Origin: a virus
Taxonomy: Duplodnaviria; Caudoviricetes
Virus record (IMG/VR): IMGVR_UViG_3300006736_000008
Span: 1 to 48,820 of that record
Length of the DNA: 48,820 nucleotides
Direction: 5' to 3' (one strand)
The notes under the pieces are model-generated. The model saw only the letters and a program-made list of their open reading frames with translations, did no database searches and was not told where the DNA came from. A program made the position numbers and the translations under genes. Of the stretch, positions 24,577-35,296 are shown one piece after another; within the stretch, counting starts at the first letter, position 1, and each line of letters begins with the position of its first letter.

Positions 24577-26438
24577 CGCATACCATAGCCCGCACCAACA
24601 AGACCAAATCTTATCCTTGAATCATTTGGAGTTGTAACGCCGGGACAATCAGCTTGTGCGCCTATTTTTGATTTCCAAAATGTAAACGGATAATTCTGCC
24701 AACTGCTACCACTTTTAGGTTCGTTTTCCATACCCAAATCCCAATAGCCAGTTCGTACCGGTTCAGGGTCAACCGGTCTATTACCATAAGAGCATCCATC
24801 TTCATTTGCCGATATCGGAAAGTACGGATATGAATCTCCCATTATAGAGCCGTTTTCATAGTCATCACCAGAATCCCCGCAACGAGAATACCCATCCCAA
24901 ATAATGGCTACAGAAAAAGTAATAACACCACCTGATTCTATCGGGCTAATCGGCGCACGTTCAACATCAATAATCCAATCTTCAGTCACTTCATCCCAAA
25001 CATAATCGTCAGACGTTAATGCTTCATATACTCTTATTCTGCCAAAAGACGATGTAAGTTGTAACGCCCAGTTCGGTACCACTTTTAAGTAATCCCTCCA
25101 ATACGAACCACCCCACGCATCCCACGGTGGACTTTCGCTAGGCATCGGGGTTGAATTGTAAACCCAATAAAAATCATTTTCAGTACAACCGGACGGGTTG
25201 ACTATAGAGTCACAAACAGCCTCACAACTAAACCCACTGTTTGCCCCCCTTGCTTCTTCACGACCTACGGCATTTTTGAAATCAGCGTAAGCATCTTCAT
25301 AACAGGTCGTAACTGTGCATTCATCAGACCGTTTCAACTGACTTATCGTATTACACATATCGAATTGCTCGATTTCCGTAGGTGCTTGAATATATTGCAT
25401 ACACAGCAGAACATACATCAAATCGTTAATGGAATGAAAGTCAAGTTCGTATTGTCCACAGGATTCAGAATGTTCCTTCCACATCGGACGTACTACAGGG
25501 CCGGAATATATCCCATCGCCGACAGGATAAGTGTCAAGCCAAGTGTCGAGTTCTATTCCATATCGTTCCTGTGCTAACCACAGAAAATAATCACCACCGT
25601 TTTGTAGATAGTCATTGTTCCAGCTATCTTCTTCTGGGCAAGTGGGCATCATTACAGTTTCGTGCATTCTGGTCGGCCAGCGGGTTGTTACGATTTCGCC
25701 AATACGTTTAAAGTACCAAACTGGTTGCGGCCCATAAAAAGCACTGATAGTAGCATCAAATTTCCACTTATCAACCCACCTTACCTTTTCCATCAAGTAT
25801 TCAATGCACCCTCTATAGCTTTGGAACTTCGGTTGAAACAAAGCGAACCAGTCTTTATCATCAGCACAAGGGTCAGGCGATTTCTTTACACCTGCCACCC
25901 CTGCAAAGTCTCTGCCGTCCATGTCACCTTGCATTAGAGTCGCCCAAGGAAAACCGCTGTACGCTTTGAACCAATTCAGTTCCGTTCGTGCGTCATTGGT
26001 CGGGTCAACGTTATCTTCCATGTGCTTTGTCTGCATGGGTAAATAAACCCAAAGCGGAGTATAGACATGCTCTTTGCCGGTCGGCTTGCTGCCCCCGCAA
26101 GTGTATCCATAATTCTGTTCCAACCAAACTCCAAGTCCGTCGAAATACGTTTGTCGTTCCTCGTATTCAGATTGCCACATCCAATGCTTGCCTGAAAAAT
26201 AGTCACCTCTAATCCCATGATAATTTGACCAATCACCATCCGTCGGCCCACCGCCTACCATGAAATAATCGAACTGAGAATACGAATAATTGTAAAAAGG
26301 CCAGATGCCCCCACCCTTGAATCGTCGGTAAATCGCTTTCCTTAAATCCTCAAAGTGTTCGTGTGTAATTTCCATTTCCGCTGTCACAGGCCAGCGAGTC
26401 GGGGGAAATTCAACATCAGCCCACTCTTGCGGATACAT
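24552..26438 (-). CDS. Putative tail/receptor-binding protein
   Basis: 628 aa, rich in W/Y/C/D, at distal end of tail module. Confidence 0.5.
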   Translation of the reverse strand: MYPQEWADVEFPPTRWPVTAEMEITHEHFEDLRKAIYRRFKGGGIWPFYNYSYSQFDYFMVGGGPTDGDWSNYHGIRGDYFSGKHWMWQSEYEERQTYFDGLGVWLEQNYGYTCGGSKPTGKEHVYTPLWVYLPMQTKHMEDNVDPTNDARTELNWFKAYSGFPWATLMQGDMDGRDFAGVAGVKKSPDPCADDKDWFALFQPKFQSYRGCIEYLMEKVRWVDKWKFDATISAFYGPQPVWYFKRIGEIVTTRWPTRMHETVMMPTCPEEDSWNNDYLQNGGDYFLWLAQERYGIELDTWLDTYPVGDGIYSGPVVRPMWKEHSESCGQYELDFHSINDLMYVLLCMQYIQAPTEIEQFDMCNTISQLKRSDECTVTTCYEDAYADFKNAVGREEARGANSGFSCEAVCDSIVNPSGCTENDFYWVYNSTPMPSESPPWDAWGGSYWRDYLKVVPNWALQLTSSFGRIRVYEALTSDDYVWDEVTEDWIIDVERAPISPIESGGVITFSVAIIWDGYSRCGDSGDDYENGSIMGDSYPYFPISANEDGCSYGNRPVDPEPVRTGYWDLGMENEPKSGSSWQNYPFTFWKSKIGAQADCPGVTTPNDSRIRFGLVGAGYGMRWDLVFAG

Positions 26439-26439
26439 A

Positions 26440-27150
26440 TCACTCCCTGAAAAAACCTGCTGCTCTCAGTGGTTCATCCATACCTGAATCTTGCGATGCC
26501 CATCTGATAGACTTATCTTCGCCAACGTGCGTAAGCGTTTGCATAAGATACCAGACACTAGCAACCTGTACCACAGGCACAATATAAGGTGCTTCGATGC
26601 GTGGGATTGTCTTGTGCGACAAGTAGTTATCTACACTGTATAAACCGTGCATGAACACATAGACCGACACGTTCTCCTGTTTCACCGTCAAGTCGTCATT
26701 AAGCAGGTTACAGGTGAAGTGCATATCGTGTACCGATTGAACCATAGCCCACGATACCGAACCGCCACCACCACTTGCCGCAACACCTAATCTCCTGAGC
26801 GTTCCTTCAGTGTCGGCCTGTTTCCATGTATATAGATACGTTCCTACCGACAGGACATGACCGGTTGTACCTGCCTCACTTATATTCAAAACGACTTCCG
26901 TTTCACCTTTATCGGCAAACGGATTGTTATTGGTGTTCCATATTTCAGTGCCTTCGTCGTCCTTAGCCTTCAACTCCTGTAGATGACAATTATAATGACC
27001 GCCACCATCAGCATTACTTTCAACCTGACACACACCCCGGCTAAAAGACACCCTCGGTAAATCAGCATGGCTTCTGTTGATATCGACCATAGCCCTTTCA
27101 GCGTCGGCTGCTTCTCTGGCAAGTCTTTCAGTTTTTAATTTTATACTCAT
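26440..27150 (-). CDS. Putative tail protein
   Basis: Position in tail module; two domains joined by SGGGGS linker. Confidence 0.5.
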   Translation of the reverse strand: MSIKLKTERLAREAADAERAMVDINRSHADLPRVSFSRGVCQVESNADGGGHYNCHLQELKAKDDEGTEIWNTNNNPFADKGETEVVLNISEAGTTGHVLSVGTYLYTWKQADTEGTLRRLGVAASGGGGSVSWAMVQSVHDMHFTCNLLNDDLTVKQENVSVYVFMHGLYSVDNYLSHKTIPRIEAPYIVPVVQVASVWYLMQTLTHVGEDKSIRWASQDSGMDEPLRAAGFFRE

Positions 27151-29378
27151 CCTCTGTAAACATCCAAATCTAGGTTGGTTAAATGGCGTTTGTCACCAAA
27201 CATATAATCAATGCCCACCACCTGCGGATACTTAGCTCCTGTTCCTTCTCTTGAACCCAAACTTATCTCTCTGCCCTCCACTTTCTTAATCAAATCACCT
27301 ATCATCATGCCTAAATTTATTCCACTCAACGTCAACTTAGTATCGGAAACACCGTCCTGCAAGACCGCCAACGTTGATATAGCCCTTATGTACGCTTTAG
27401 GTAAATCGGATTTCTTGTCAAAATTAGCACTGTCCACTATAGCGTTGATGCCCCTTTTTAACAGTAACCCTTTCTGATTCTCTATAAGCCTTTTATTGTT
27501 AAACCTCGTCGCTCCGGCGGCGTTGGCGTAGGATGACCCCAGAATTCTTTCATCGGAACGTACACAGGCAGTCAATTTCAACCGCAACTTCTTAGTTTTC
27601 AAGCCGTACAGATAATTTTCTTCGACCACATCTTCGTTATTTTCTATTTTACAAAAGTCAACCAGCCGGTTTACCGTTATCCTGACCTTGCATTCATCGT
27701 CTGCCAGTTCGAAGGCACTCGGTTTCACAGGCTGATAATTATCTCCTCCGTCAAAACTGATTTCCAGTGTCGGGGGATAATACTCTCTGTGAACCGTGCT
27801 GTCCTTAAATTCGATGTTTTTATAAAACTTGCGCCGGCGAACCATGTAACGGTTACGCCCAAACACATCATCGAAACTATAAATCCTCGGCCTCCAATTC
27901 CGGTTGTAGGTGTAATTGTAATCACCTGCTTCGTTCAGAGCAAATACCCTGAAATAATCACTATACTCGCTGAAGTCCTTACCGTCCATATTATACCGAT
28001 TGTTCCACTGTTCCTCTCTTTCAGTAATAAAATCACTTCCGTCATAGTATTCTTCTATTCTCTTGAAAGTTGACCACGCCCTTATAAAATCGGTTCCCTC
28101 CGCACGGTCATTCGCACTCGCATCAAATACAAAAGTCTTTTGTATATATTCAAAATCACCCATAACCTCAACAGTCCTGACTGCTGCCGATGTGTTTTTC
28201 TGAACACTCAACTGTTCTACATTAGACAACGAGTCCGGCAAAGCAGTTCCCGGCGGGTCAAGATACACCGGCATACTTGGCCCCTGCCCTCTCTTAAAGA
28301 AAACCAAACCGCAACGCTTCAGGTAGCCACTTTCGGGAACACTAACGTCCTCATCCTGACTCACCCCAAACGGCACAGGGTCGATATAAAACGAGAACGG
28401 CGTGCCGACCAGCATTTGCTTTATAGCGTCAAACAGATTGTCCATACCCCTTAAATCCACATGACTTATTTTTATTGCGTCCATCATGTTTTCGATGGTA
28501 TCTGCATCAGGATTCAAGACATACCTCTCGTCATTGTACGAAAATAACAGGTACTTCATAGCGTCTGCAAGTGTCCAACTTTTTGCAGTTGCGTTCATTA
28601 TCTTTCTCTCGGAATCCTCAAATATAGGATACTCAACGGTAGGCCCATCTTCCTCCTCGTCGTCTTCTTCTTCCTCATCTTCAACTTCATCTTCGTCGTC
28701 TTCTTCTTCAAGTTGTTTCACGATAGGTAACTGCCCGCGAGTTTTTTTGTAATTATATTGCGTAGCGTTCGGTTTTGCGTCCTCATTGAAAATAAGAGGT
28801 AAATCAACTATAGTCCAATCTGCTGTTCTGATTTCCGTGTCAAGGCTGAAGGTAGGTGCTTCGGCCTCCAAAACTTGTTGGTCATGGTTTTTTGTCTTGA
28901 CGATTCTACCTCTGACCTGTACGTCCTTCAGCCTTTGTCCAAACCCTAGCACCTCAAACGTGACCGTTTCCCTGCCCTTGCCCTGTATATTGATTCTCGG
29001 ATTCGCCAGAAACCCGACAAATAACGGAATGAATATCGGCGTGATTGTCGCTTGCCATCCATAGAAGCCGATTTCTGCCATATCGTCCACCCACACATAA
29101 TCATTGTAATGCTCCGGCCTTACCTGTAACGGATTTTGTCCGGTCATACTGAGCCAATCGGACAGCAGGAACTCAACCACCGCCATGTTCACATCACCTG
29201 CCCGCTGTTTCAGCATCTTGGCTTGCAATAAAGGTTCCTGATAGCCTTCGCTGTAACAAGGTGCGTCGGTCGTGCTGTCGTCCTGCGGATACAACTTAAC
29301 CACCACCGGCAAAGCACCTTCAATCAAATTATAATAATTACTACCTGAACCCATTTTATCACCCATAAGGAACGGCAA
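27147..29378 (-). CDS. Putative baseplate hub/tail-tip protein
   Basis: 743 aa in tail module; C-terminal GDLIKKVEGR...VVGIDY; internal acidic tract. Confidence 0.55.
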   Translation of the reverse strand: MPFLMGDKMGSGSNYYNLIEGALPVVVKLYPQDDSTTDAPCYSEGYQEPLLQAKMLKQRAGDVNMAVVEFLLSDWLSMTGQNPLQVRPEHYNDYVWVDDMAEIGFYGWQATITPIFIPLFVGFLANPRINIQGKGRETVTFEVLGFGQRLKDVQVRGRIVKTKNHDQQVLEAEAPTFSLDTEIRTADWTIVDLPLIFNEDAKPNATQYNYKKTRGQLPIVKQLEEEDDEDEVEDEEEEDDEEEDGPTVEYPIFEDSERKIMNATAKSWTLADAMKYLLFSYNDERYVLNPDADTIENMMDAIKISHVDLRGMDNLFDAIKQMLVGTPFSFYIDPVPFGVSQDEDVSVPESGYLKRCGLVFFKRGQGPSMPVYLDPPGTALPDSLSNVEQLSVQKNTSAAVRTVEVMGDFEYIQKTFVFDASANDRAEGTDFIRAWSTFKRIEEYYDGSDFITEREEQWNNRYNMDGKDFSEYSDYFRVFALNEAGDYNYTYNRNWRPRIYSFDDVFGRNRYMVRRRKFYKNIEFKDSTVHREYYPPTLEISFDGGDNYQPVKPSAFELADDECKVRITVNRLVDFCKIENNEDVVEENYLYGLKTKKLRLKLTACVRSDERILGSSYANAAGATRFNNKRLIENQKGLLLKRGINAIVDSANFDKKSDLPKAYIRAISTLAVLQDGVSDTKLTLSGINLGMMIGDLIKKVEGREISLGSREGTGAKYPQVVGIDYMFGDKRHLTNLDLDVYRG

Positions 29379-30120
29379 AAGTACCAGCCGTAACCGTCAA
29401 AGTCAAAACGTCCGTTGCGTCGTCATAACTCGCTATCTCCAGCAACGGAGCCGGAGGCAGACAGTCCACAAATTGAGTAAGAACATCGGACGTACCGTCG
29501 TCTATATTGCCCGACCTGTCGTATGCTCTCGGATGGAATTTGTAGAATCCCGGCGGGTGCGGTAGCGATATCCACTCCACATAGTCGCAGTCGAACCCGA
29601 AACCACCAAGACCAAACGAACCCAACCCGAAGCCTATTCCTTCACCGTCATATCCAAACGGTTCGTTACCAAAACCACTCAATCCGAAGCCCCACCTCGG
29701 CATATTGCCACCGAATATCTTTATCGGTGTTCTATTGAAAGCACTCGCATAGCTTACTGTTCCACTACCCCTGTCACCAAACATATTAACGTAACTACCA
29801 ATCTCAAATAGCTCGGCAGACCTCGGCCATTTCACCTTGACCTTGTTCCCCTGACTGTCGGTCATATCCAAATCGCTACTATAATCCGTTCCTGAACTTG
29901 CTGGGTCGATAGCGACTATCTGCCACACAAAATGGTTCGGTGTGTGCGAAAGCAACTTCTTGGCAGCACCTACATAATTCGTTTCAGCTACCAGTTCGCC
30001 GTTGATATAAAGCTGGTACAACTTTCCTGTGTAAGCGTCCGACCATGGAAACAATAAAGCACCATGCGTTCCCGGCGCTTGAATCGGCGGCAGTTCAGTT
30101 ATGTCAGTATAAACACTCAA
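29359..30120 (-). CDS. Virion protein with FN3-like segments and Gly-Phe repeat loop
   Basis: WGFGLSGFGNEPFGYDGEGIGFGLGSFGLGGFGFD; YKFHPRAYDRSGN. Confidence 0.55.
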   Translation of the reverse strand: MSVYTDITELPPIQAPGTHGALLFPWSDAYTGKLYQLYINGELVAETNYVGAAKKLLSHTPNHFVWQIVAIDPASSGTDYSSDLDMTDSQGNKVKVKWPRSAELFEIGSYVNMFGDRGSGTVSYASAFNRTPIKIFGGNMPRWGFGLSGFGNEPFGYDGEGIGFGLGSFGLGGFGFDCDYVEWISLPHPPGFYKFHPRAYDRSGNIDDGTSDVLTQFVDCLPPAPLLEIASYDDATDVLTLTVTAGTFAVPYG

Positions 30121-31466
30121 ATCATCACCGTTTCGGATTCGTGGTCAGTCACTACATCATGCCCTGTTCCGTCAGCTATGCCAAGCACAGGAATAACATA
30201 CCTGTCCTCGTTTCCGTCCGTATCCTCCGCTTGAACTGCTATCCAATACTGACCATCAGGTAAAACAGGTGTATCAAAGGAATAGACTCCATCGCCCCTG
30301 TAAAGTGTTACCTCACCAAGTTTGCAACCGTGCGCCAAAGTCGGTACGGTATAATCGTCTGTATATTTTGCCACCCCTTTCAATACCCTGAAATCGTCAA
30401 TCCACATATCATGGTCAGGGCCGTTCAGGAGATTCCCACCTGCCCCTAAAGGAGGAAAACTTGGCAGTCTTTCCGTCTGCGTTGCCGTCTTGATTAGTGT
30501 TCCGTTCCAGAATAGTTTGAATACGTTTCCGCTTCTAGTTACCGCCAAATGATACCATGTATCAGCACCAACCTGCACCGTTCCGGCATTAGATTGAATT
30601 GTCACAAAGGAACCTTCATGCGAGAACTTAAAAGTCATCGTGCCGAATTGTACGTTACCGTCAATTTCCCATAAGATGTAATCATTAGCACCAAGCGATA
30701 GCTTCATCATAATAAAATCGGTACTGGTTGACTCACTTCTTACCCACCCCTCAAGCGTGAAGTCATCCTTCCCGAAATTAGCCCAATCACTCATAGAGTA
30801 GAGGTATGCGCCCGGCCCATAAGGGCCGTAAACAGACAAAGAACCACCGCCCCACTTATAAACCGAATTGGTAACCAAGCACCCTGTTCCAGCACCACAC
30901 GATATTTGCGCCAATGATTTATCATTCGTATCAGAGTCATAAGGTAGATACAAAGCGCACTGTGGGTCAGGATTCAGACCGTCCGTGCGGATTAGATTCT
31001 TGCCGAGTCCTTGGTCATAATACAGGTTAAACTTGACCGGCGTTGTTCCTTTATTGACGTAATGGCTGAACGTCACCTGAATAATGCCATCAGCCTTTGT
31101 CATCGCTCTCAAATTAGTAACATGGTCTGGAATATCGGACTCCTGCGTTCCATCAGACAAGCGACGGAACCGAAGGATGTTCTGCATATTCAACTCCATG
31201 CGACCAAACTTACTAATCTGCCTTGCACCATAGAAATACGCTTTCTCCAGTTCGTGTGGCGGTGAATCGAGGGCGATGTTACCAGAACCTACCCGACCGT
31301 CGATAATGGTATTCCAATCAATGTTCTCAGGCTTTTCCGCACCCCTGAAAATGACTATGCACTCGTCCTGACCGGCCCAAAAATCACCCAAATACTGTGA
31401 CAGGCCGAACGTCTTGGCGTGTCCGAAATCGCCAAAATGCAGCGGGTCTAAAGCTAATCCATCCAT
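30117..31466 (-). CDS. Tail protein with LamG/concanavalin-A-like lectin domain
   Basis: DFTLEGWV, WYHLAVTRSGNVFKLFWNG, IDDFRVLKGVAKY; flanking FN3-like segments. Confidence 0.82.
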   Translation of the reverse strand: MDGLALDPLHFGDFGHAKTFGLSQYLGDFWAGQDECIVIFRGAEKPENIDWNTIIDGRVGSGNIALDSPPHELEKAYFYGARQISKFGRMELNMQNILRFRRLSDGTQESDIPDHVTNLRAMTKADGIIQVTFSHYVNKGTTPVKFNLYYDQGLGKNLIRTDGLNPDPQCALYLPYDSDTNDKSLAQISCGAGTGCLVTNSVYKWGGGSLSVYGPYGPGAYLYSMSDWANFGKDDFTLEGWVRSESTSTDFIMMKLSLGANDYILWEIDGNVQFGTMTFKFSHEGSFVTIQSNAGTVQVGADTWYHLAVTRSGNVFKLFWNGTLIKTATQTERLPSFPPLGAGGNLLNGPDHDMWIDDFRVLKGVAKYTDDYTVPTLAHGCKLGEVTLYRGDGVYSFDTPVLPDGQYWIAVQAEDTDGNEDRYVIPVLGIADGTGHDVVTDHESETVMI

Positions 31467-31470
31467 ACTA

Positions 31471-31911
31471 TCAACTCGGTGCTATTGGTGTAATCGTTTC
31501 AACTCCTGCCGCCTCACTGTGGTCAAGGTCTAACTCAGCGGTAGCGTTATCGTCGCCATAAATCGTTTCGTCCTTGGTACTTTGGTCAAAGTCACGTTTG
31601 TTGACCAGCCGCTGTAAGCCGAAAGTACCAGCTTTGTTAATCAGGAATGGCTGGTATCTCTCAACGTCAGACAGGCCCAACGCTGCATCACTGTCCAAAT
31701 CCAATACTCCACAAAGAGCTTCAGCCACAGTCTGCCACGGTGCTGTTCCGTGAATTATCGCAAACGTGTACCAGCCACCGCCGACTTCCGTAAAACTAGG
31801 AGCGTCACCACTCCTGTCTGTACCGTTCGGGAAAGTTTTCAGATTCTCAAATGCCAACACAGCACCAGTTTGCAGAACGCCAGCTTTTGACACATATACG
31901 CCAAAATCCAT
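31471..31911 (-). CDS. Virion structural protein
   Basis: EVGGGWY motif, tail context. Confidence 0.5.
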   Translation of the reverse strand: MDFGVYVSKAGVLQTGAVLAFENLKTFPNGTDRSGDAPSFTEVGGGWYTFAIIHGTAPWQTVAEALCGVLDLDSDAALGLSDVERYQPFLINKAGTFGLQRLVNKRDFDQSTKDETIYGDDNATAELDLDHSEAAGVETITPIAPS

Positions 31912-33071
31912 TATAAAACTCCTAACATATTCCCCTGCGTCATCATTCTGTGACTACCTTTCGACCTGCGTATCGCTGCAATCGCTCCAATACTTCTTGG
32001 ATTCAATAGGTAATCAGGTGAACCCGCTTCCCTCAAGGTATCCGACACCATCGTGAAATCTTTGTTGTCGGCATCAGCGAATGTAATTGTTACAGAATCT
32101 TGCGAATTGTTGCCAGCAGCATTACCGGGAACAAGCGGATTACCACCAGCTGCCGTGAAATTCTCGGAATCAGTTATACAATAATCACAATACAGGCAAC
32201 TTCCGTCACCGGTCACTATTCTTACAAAGGCATCCGAGGCCGGAACTGCTACCGTACCCACACAATTTATTATAGCACAAGCGGCGGCGATGCTACTTCC
32301 CACTTGCACGATATTGCTTACAGTATGATTGATAAAGGTGCATCCGTACATTAAATCTGGATAAGCTGACGAATGATAATTGCCATAATACCCACCTTCA
32401 AAAATACAATTTACGAAAATGGCACTGTATGTGTGTAGCACACCGCCATTCGTTCCTGAACCCTTAAAATAACAATCAACATAAAGACTGCCTATAAAAC
32501 TCGCATCAACAACCGAGTAATAGGTGTTGTCATGTGACGAACACCGGAAAAGCATAATGCATTTTGTATCGGATGTATCACTAAATTTGAATCCGTCATA
32601 ACAGCCAGATGCTTCGCAATCAATAAACACAAAATTATATTTTGCCGCCGTGTTTTTTACTTCAATTCCGTGGTCTGTATTATCAGCACCATTATGATTG
32701 TCCTTGGCGTGGCAATGCCATACCCGTACATTTTCAATGCCGTTAATCCAAAGTATTGCCTTCCCTAAATCGTTATCCTCTGCGTCCAGTTCCTCCCTCG
32801 TTCCCATCGGATGTTCGTTGCCTTCGCTATCGCAAAAGATTAAATCCAGCCACGTATTACCTGCTATACTGCCGCCTCCGGCATCCACCTCTATAGCAGC
32901 CGTCACCGTTTGGCTGGTCATGTTACGGATATACATATTGGTCTGGTTGCCATCTACTACAGCATCCAAAGCGTCTTGTAATCCAGCCAAGCCTTCATGA
33001 GCGTTATCCCAATCAACTCCGGTATCACCGCTGCCGCTTAGTTCGCCATCCACATATACATCATCAGCCAT
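31911..33071 (-). CDS. Parallel beta-helix (pectate-lyase-like) tail spike, possible depolymerase
   Basis: VYVDG...GxDWDNA...LQDALD start, NCIF/DCYF/GCTF repeats, C-terminal FADADNKDF...SIGA. Confidence 0.7.
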   Translation of the reverse strand: MADDVYVDGELSGSGDTGVDWDNAHEGLAGLQDALDAVVDGNQTNMYIRNMTSQTVTAAIEVDAGGGSIAGNTWLDLIFCDSEGNEHPMGTREELDAEDNDLGKAILWINGIENVRVWHCHAKDNHNGADNTDHGIEVKNTAAKYNFVFIDCEASGCYDGFKFSDTSDTKCIMLFRCSSHDNTYYSVVDASFIGSLYVDCYFKGSGTNGGVLHTYSAIFVNCIFEGGYYGNYHSSAYPDLMYGCTFINHTVSNIVQVGSSIAAACAIINCVGTVAVPASDAFVRIVTGDGSCLYCDYCITDSENFTAAGGNPLVPGNAAGNNSQDSVTITFADADNKDFTMVSDTLREAGSPDYLLNPRSIGAIAAIRRSKGSHRMMTQGNMLGVL

Positions 33072-33077
33072 GATTCT

Positions 33078-33359
33078 CTAATCCTTTACTTCAAAATTCT
33101 GCTTCAGGAATTGAATCTCCGAAGCGGTCAGCTTCGCTTTTATAGCAGCCAAAGTTTGGTTGTATTCAATCTTCTCTAGGTACATGATGATTCTTCTTTT
33201 TATTCCCGGCCAGAACTTAATCAACTCAGCTTCCTGCGAAGGTGTCGGATTCAAGGCGTTCTTTATCTGTGTTTTGGTAGCGTTCTCGACCTGCTCAATC
33301 GTCAGGCTGTTGTTCTTCACATACGTTTTGACCATCTGATAAATAAGCCGTTGTTCCAT
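33078..33359 (-). CDS. Hypothetical protein
   Basis: Coupled ORF. Confidence 0.55.
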   Translation of the reverse strand: MEQRLIYQMVKTYVKNNSLTIEQVENATKTQIKNALNPTPSQEAELIKFWPGIKRRIIMYLEKIEYNQTLAAIKAKLTASEIQFLKQNFEVKD

Positions 33360-33460
33360 TATTTCAACCCCAACTCATGCATTAAATGATTCGTTAGTAA
33401 CGGATATTCCCAAGCAACCACATAAGCAGCGATAGAACCAAGAATTAAAAGAATGTACAT
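33359..33460 (-). CDS. 33-aa membrane peptide
   Basis: MYILLILGSIAAYVVAWEYPLLTNHLMHELGLK; TAATG overlaps at both ends. Confidence 0.6.
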   Translation of the reverse strand: MYILLILGSIAAYVVAWEYPLLTNHLMHELGLK

Positions 33461-33903
33461 TACTTACACACTCCTACCTTTCGCTCTAAATTGATAATTC
33501 TCTGCTCTCTGCCAGCATCACATTTTATGTGGGAACGTTCCCTATTTTCATAATCATTTTGCTTGATTTCCAGTTTTCCAAGTCGAGCTTGGTCACGTTC
33601 TTGCTCTTTTTTTACCAAAGCACTCAACGCCTTGAACTGAGTTTCAACCTCTGAGAAACGTCCCTGCATCGACGAAAACATGCCTTGATTTTCAACCTCT
33701 GTCAAATCATCTTGGTCAAGTTTATACTCTAATTTATGGAGTATTCTCTCCATGAAATCTATCCTCTGGCTGAAATGGTTATCGACTCTATCAACCATTC
33801 CATAAACGCCGCCGAGTACCGCCAATACCACAAATATCATACTAGCCACTTTCGGGCCTCCGTTTCCACTTGCCGGTTTTACGGATTCTTTATCTTCACT
33901 CAT
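33460..33903 (-). CDS. Single-TM coiled-coil protein (possible lysis accessory)
   Basis: TM MIFVVLAVLGGVYGMV followed by coiled coil. Confidence 0.5.
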   Translation of the reverse strand: MSEDKESVKPASGNGGPKVASMIFVVLAVLGGVYGMVDRVDNHFSQRIDFMERILHKLEYKLDQDDLTEVENQGMFSSMQGRFSEVETQFKALSALVKKEQERDQARLGKLEIKQNDYENRERSHIKCDAGREQRIINLERKVGVCK

Positions 33904-33939
33904 GGGTCGCCCTTTCCAGTTGATAAATTTTCTTTTCTC

Positions 33940-34335
33940 TTATTCGTCTGAAAGCGTACCGTAAACATCGACGGTGCAAGTACAAGCCCCACCAGCACCA
34001 GTGGTCACATCAATGCAGAATATCTCCGCTTCGGTATATTCCACGATAACCACAGTGGTTGCGTTCGGTATCGGTTGAAGGATACCGGCTTTACCTGCCG
34101 CACTCAGATTACTCAATGTCTGGCTTCCAAGGAAATCGGTCTTGGCCCCTGTCTGACCAAAGGTGCAGACCGTACTTGCCGCATCAGCCGACAAATCTCG
34201 GATAATAACGTGTGAAGGCACAAAAACCTTGTCCGCTGGAACAGTAAACAGGTTGGTTGTCGCTACACTGTTCAGATTTACACTGGCGACACTTGCCACC
34301 AATGCCATAGATTTCTCTTTCAAATCCGGCATCAC
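33940..34335 (-). CDS. Beta-rich virion structural protein
   Basis: LFTVPADK...VDVYG pattern, structural module context. Confidence 0.55.
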   Translation of the reverse strand: MMPDLKEKSMALVASVASVNLNSVATTNLFTVPADKVFVPSHVIIRDLSADAASTVCTFGQTGAKTDFLGSQTLSNLSAAGKAGILQPIPNATTVVIVEYTEAEIFCIDVTTGAGGACTCTVDVYGTLSDE

Positions 34336-34342
34336 ATTTCTC

Positions 34343-34882
34343 CTATATCATTACTGGACTGTTCTCGTAACATACCACTTCATTGTCTATACATACGATT
34401 GCGTCGCAAGCCGATTTCGCTGATGCGCCCGGCGGTGTAAATATATTCTGGCCCCTGCAATCGGTTATACTGGTAATGTCACCACCACTGGTTACTATCT
34501 GAGCGAGTCTGACATGAGGTACATTCCAATCAGGGAATGATATGTATTCAGTGATTACCAGACCGCCTGACTGTGATAAGTACACATATATAGCTGCTTT
34601 ATCGTCGGCAAGGGTATTGCCGGTGCTTCCGGCATAGGTGCGCAGATTTTCTCCGTCAAAGAAGTAGCCGGACTTCACACCAATGTCCAGACTGCCTTCA
34701 TCATAAGCCCTCAAATCACTTGCCGGTGCTGTAGCCAACAATAATCGGGATACCAGTTTCCGAAAATGCAGGTAATACGGTGCTTGCCCTGTGCTGATGT
34801 ACTCAAGCCCAGTATGCAAATCTTCTGTTAATGCGTTCAGGGTTGCATCACTTGGATATGCTTCATTATTTGAATCTGCCAT
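34343..34882 (-). CDS. Tail structural protein
   Basis: VRLAQIVTSGGDITSITDCR tail-fibre-like motif. Confidence 0.6.
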   Translation of the reverse strand: MADSNNEAYPSDATLNALTEDLHTGLEYISTGQAPYYLHFRKLVSRLLLATAPASDLRAYDEGSLDIGVKSGYFFDGENLRTYAGSTGNTLADDKAAIYVYLSQSGGLVITEYISFPDWNVPHVRLAQIVTSGGDITSITDCRGQNIFTPPGASAKSACDAIVCIDNEVVCYENSPVMI

Positions 34883-34893
34883 GATTAATTACC

Positions 34894-35286
34894 TCACCAG
34901 TATAACTGTTTGAAAGTCGCTCTGAATCTTACAATAATCTCATTCACATTAAAACCCCAAGGGCCATAACGATAATACTCCAACATCTGACAATAATTAT
35001 ATATCTGAAAAGTGTCGGCGACATAATGAACCAATGGGGCCACTGAATTTATGTAGTTCTGGATTGAGCCAACGTCAGTCAGCAAAGCCAGATACGCACC
35101 AATTTCATTGGGTTTGTTGAGTACACCATCGAACTCAAGAACCCGTCCTTTAACACCGTGATACAAGGCACTTTCGCCGTCGATTCCGCTAAAATGCTGC
35201 TCCTGCAATCTTTGTGGTGTCGAGTCTGGACGTATCAACGTCATATATCCGATATTGTTACCGTTGAACGTGCTTTCTGTAGCCAT
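34894..35286 (-). CDS. Distal tail (Dit)-like protein
   Basis: Directly after tape measure; FSGIDG...GRVLEFDG. Confidence 0.55.
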   Translation of the reverse strand: MATESTFNGNNIGYMTLIRPDSTPQRLQEQHFSGIDGESALYHGVKGRVLEFDGVLNKPNEIGAYLALLTDVGSIQNYINSVAPLVHYVADTFQIYNYCQMLEYYRYGPWGFNVNEIIVRFRATFKQLYW

Positions 35287-35296
35287 ATCGTACCTG

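Noticed and set aside
24552-26438. Diversity-generating retroelement target
   Set aside because: No reverse transcriptase and no template/variable repeat pair seen.
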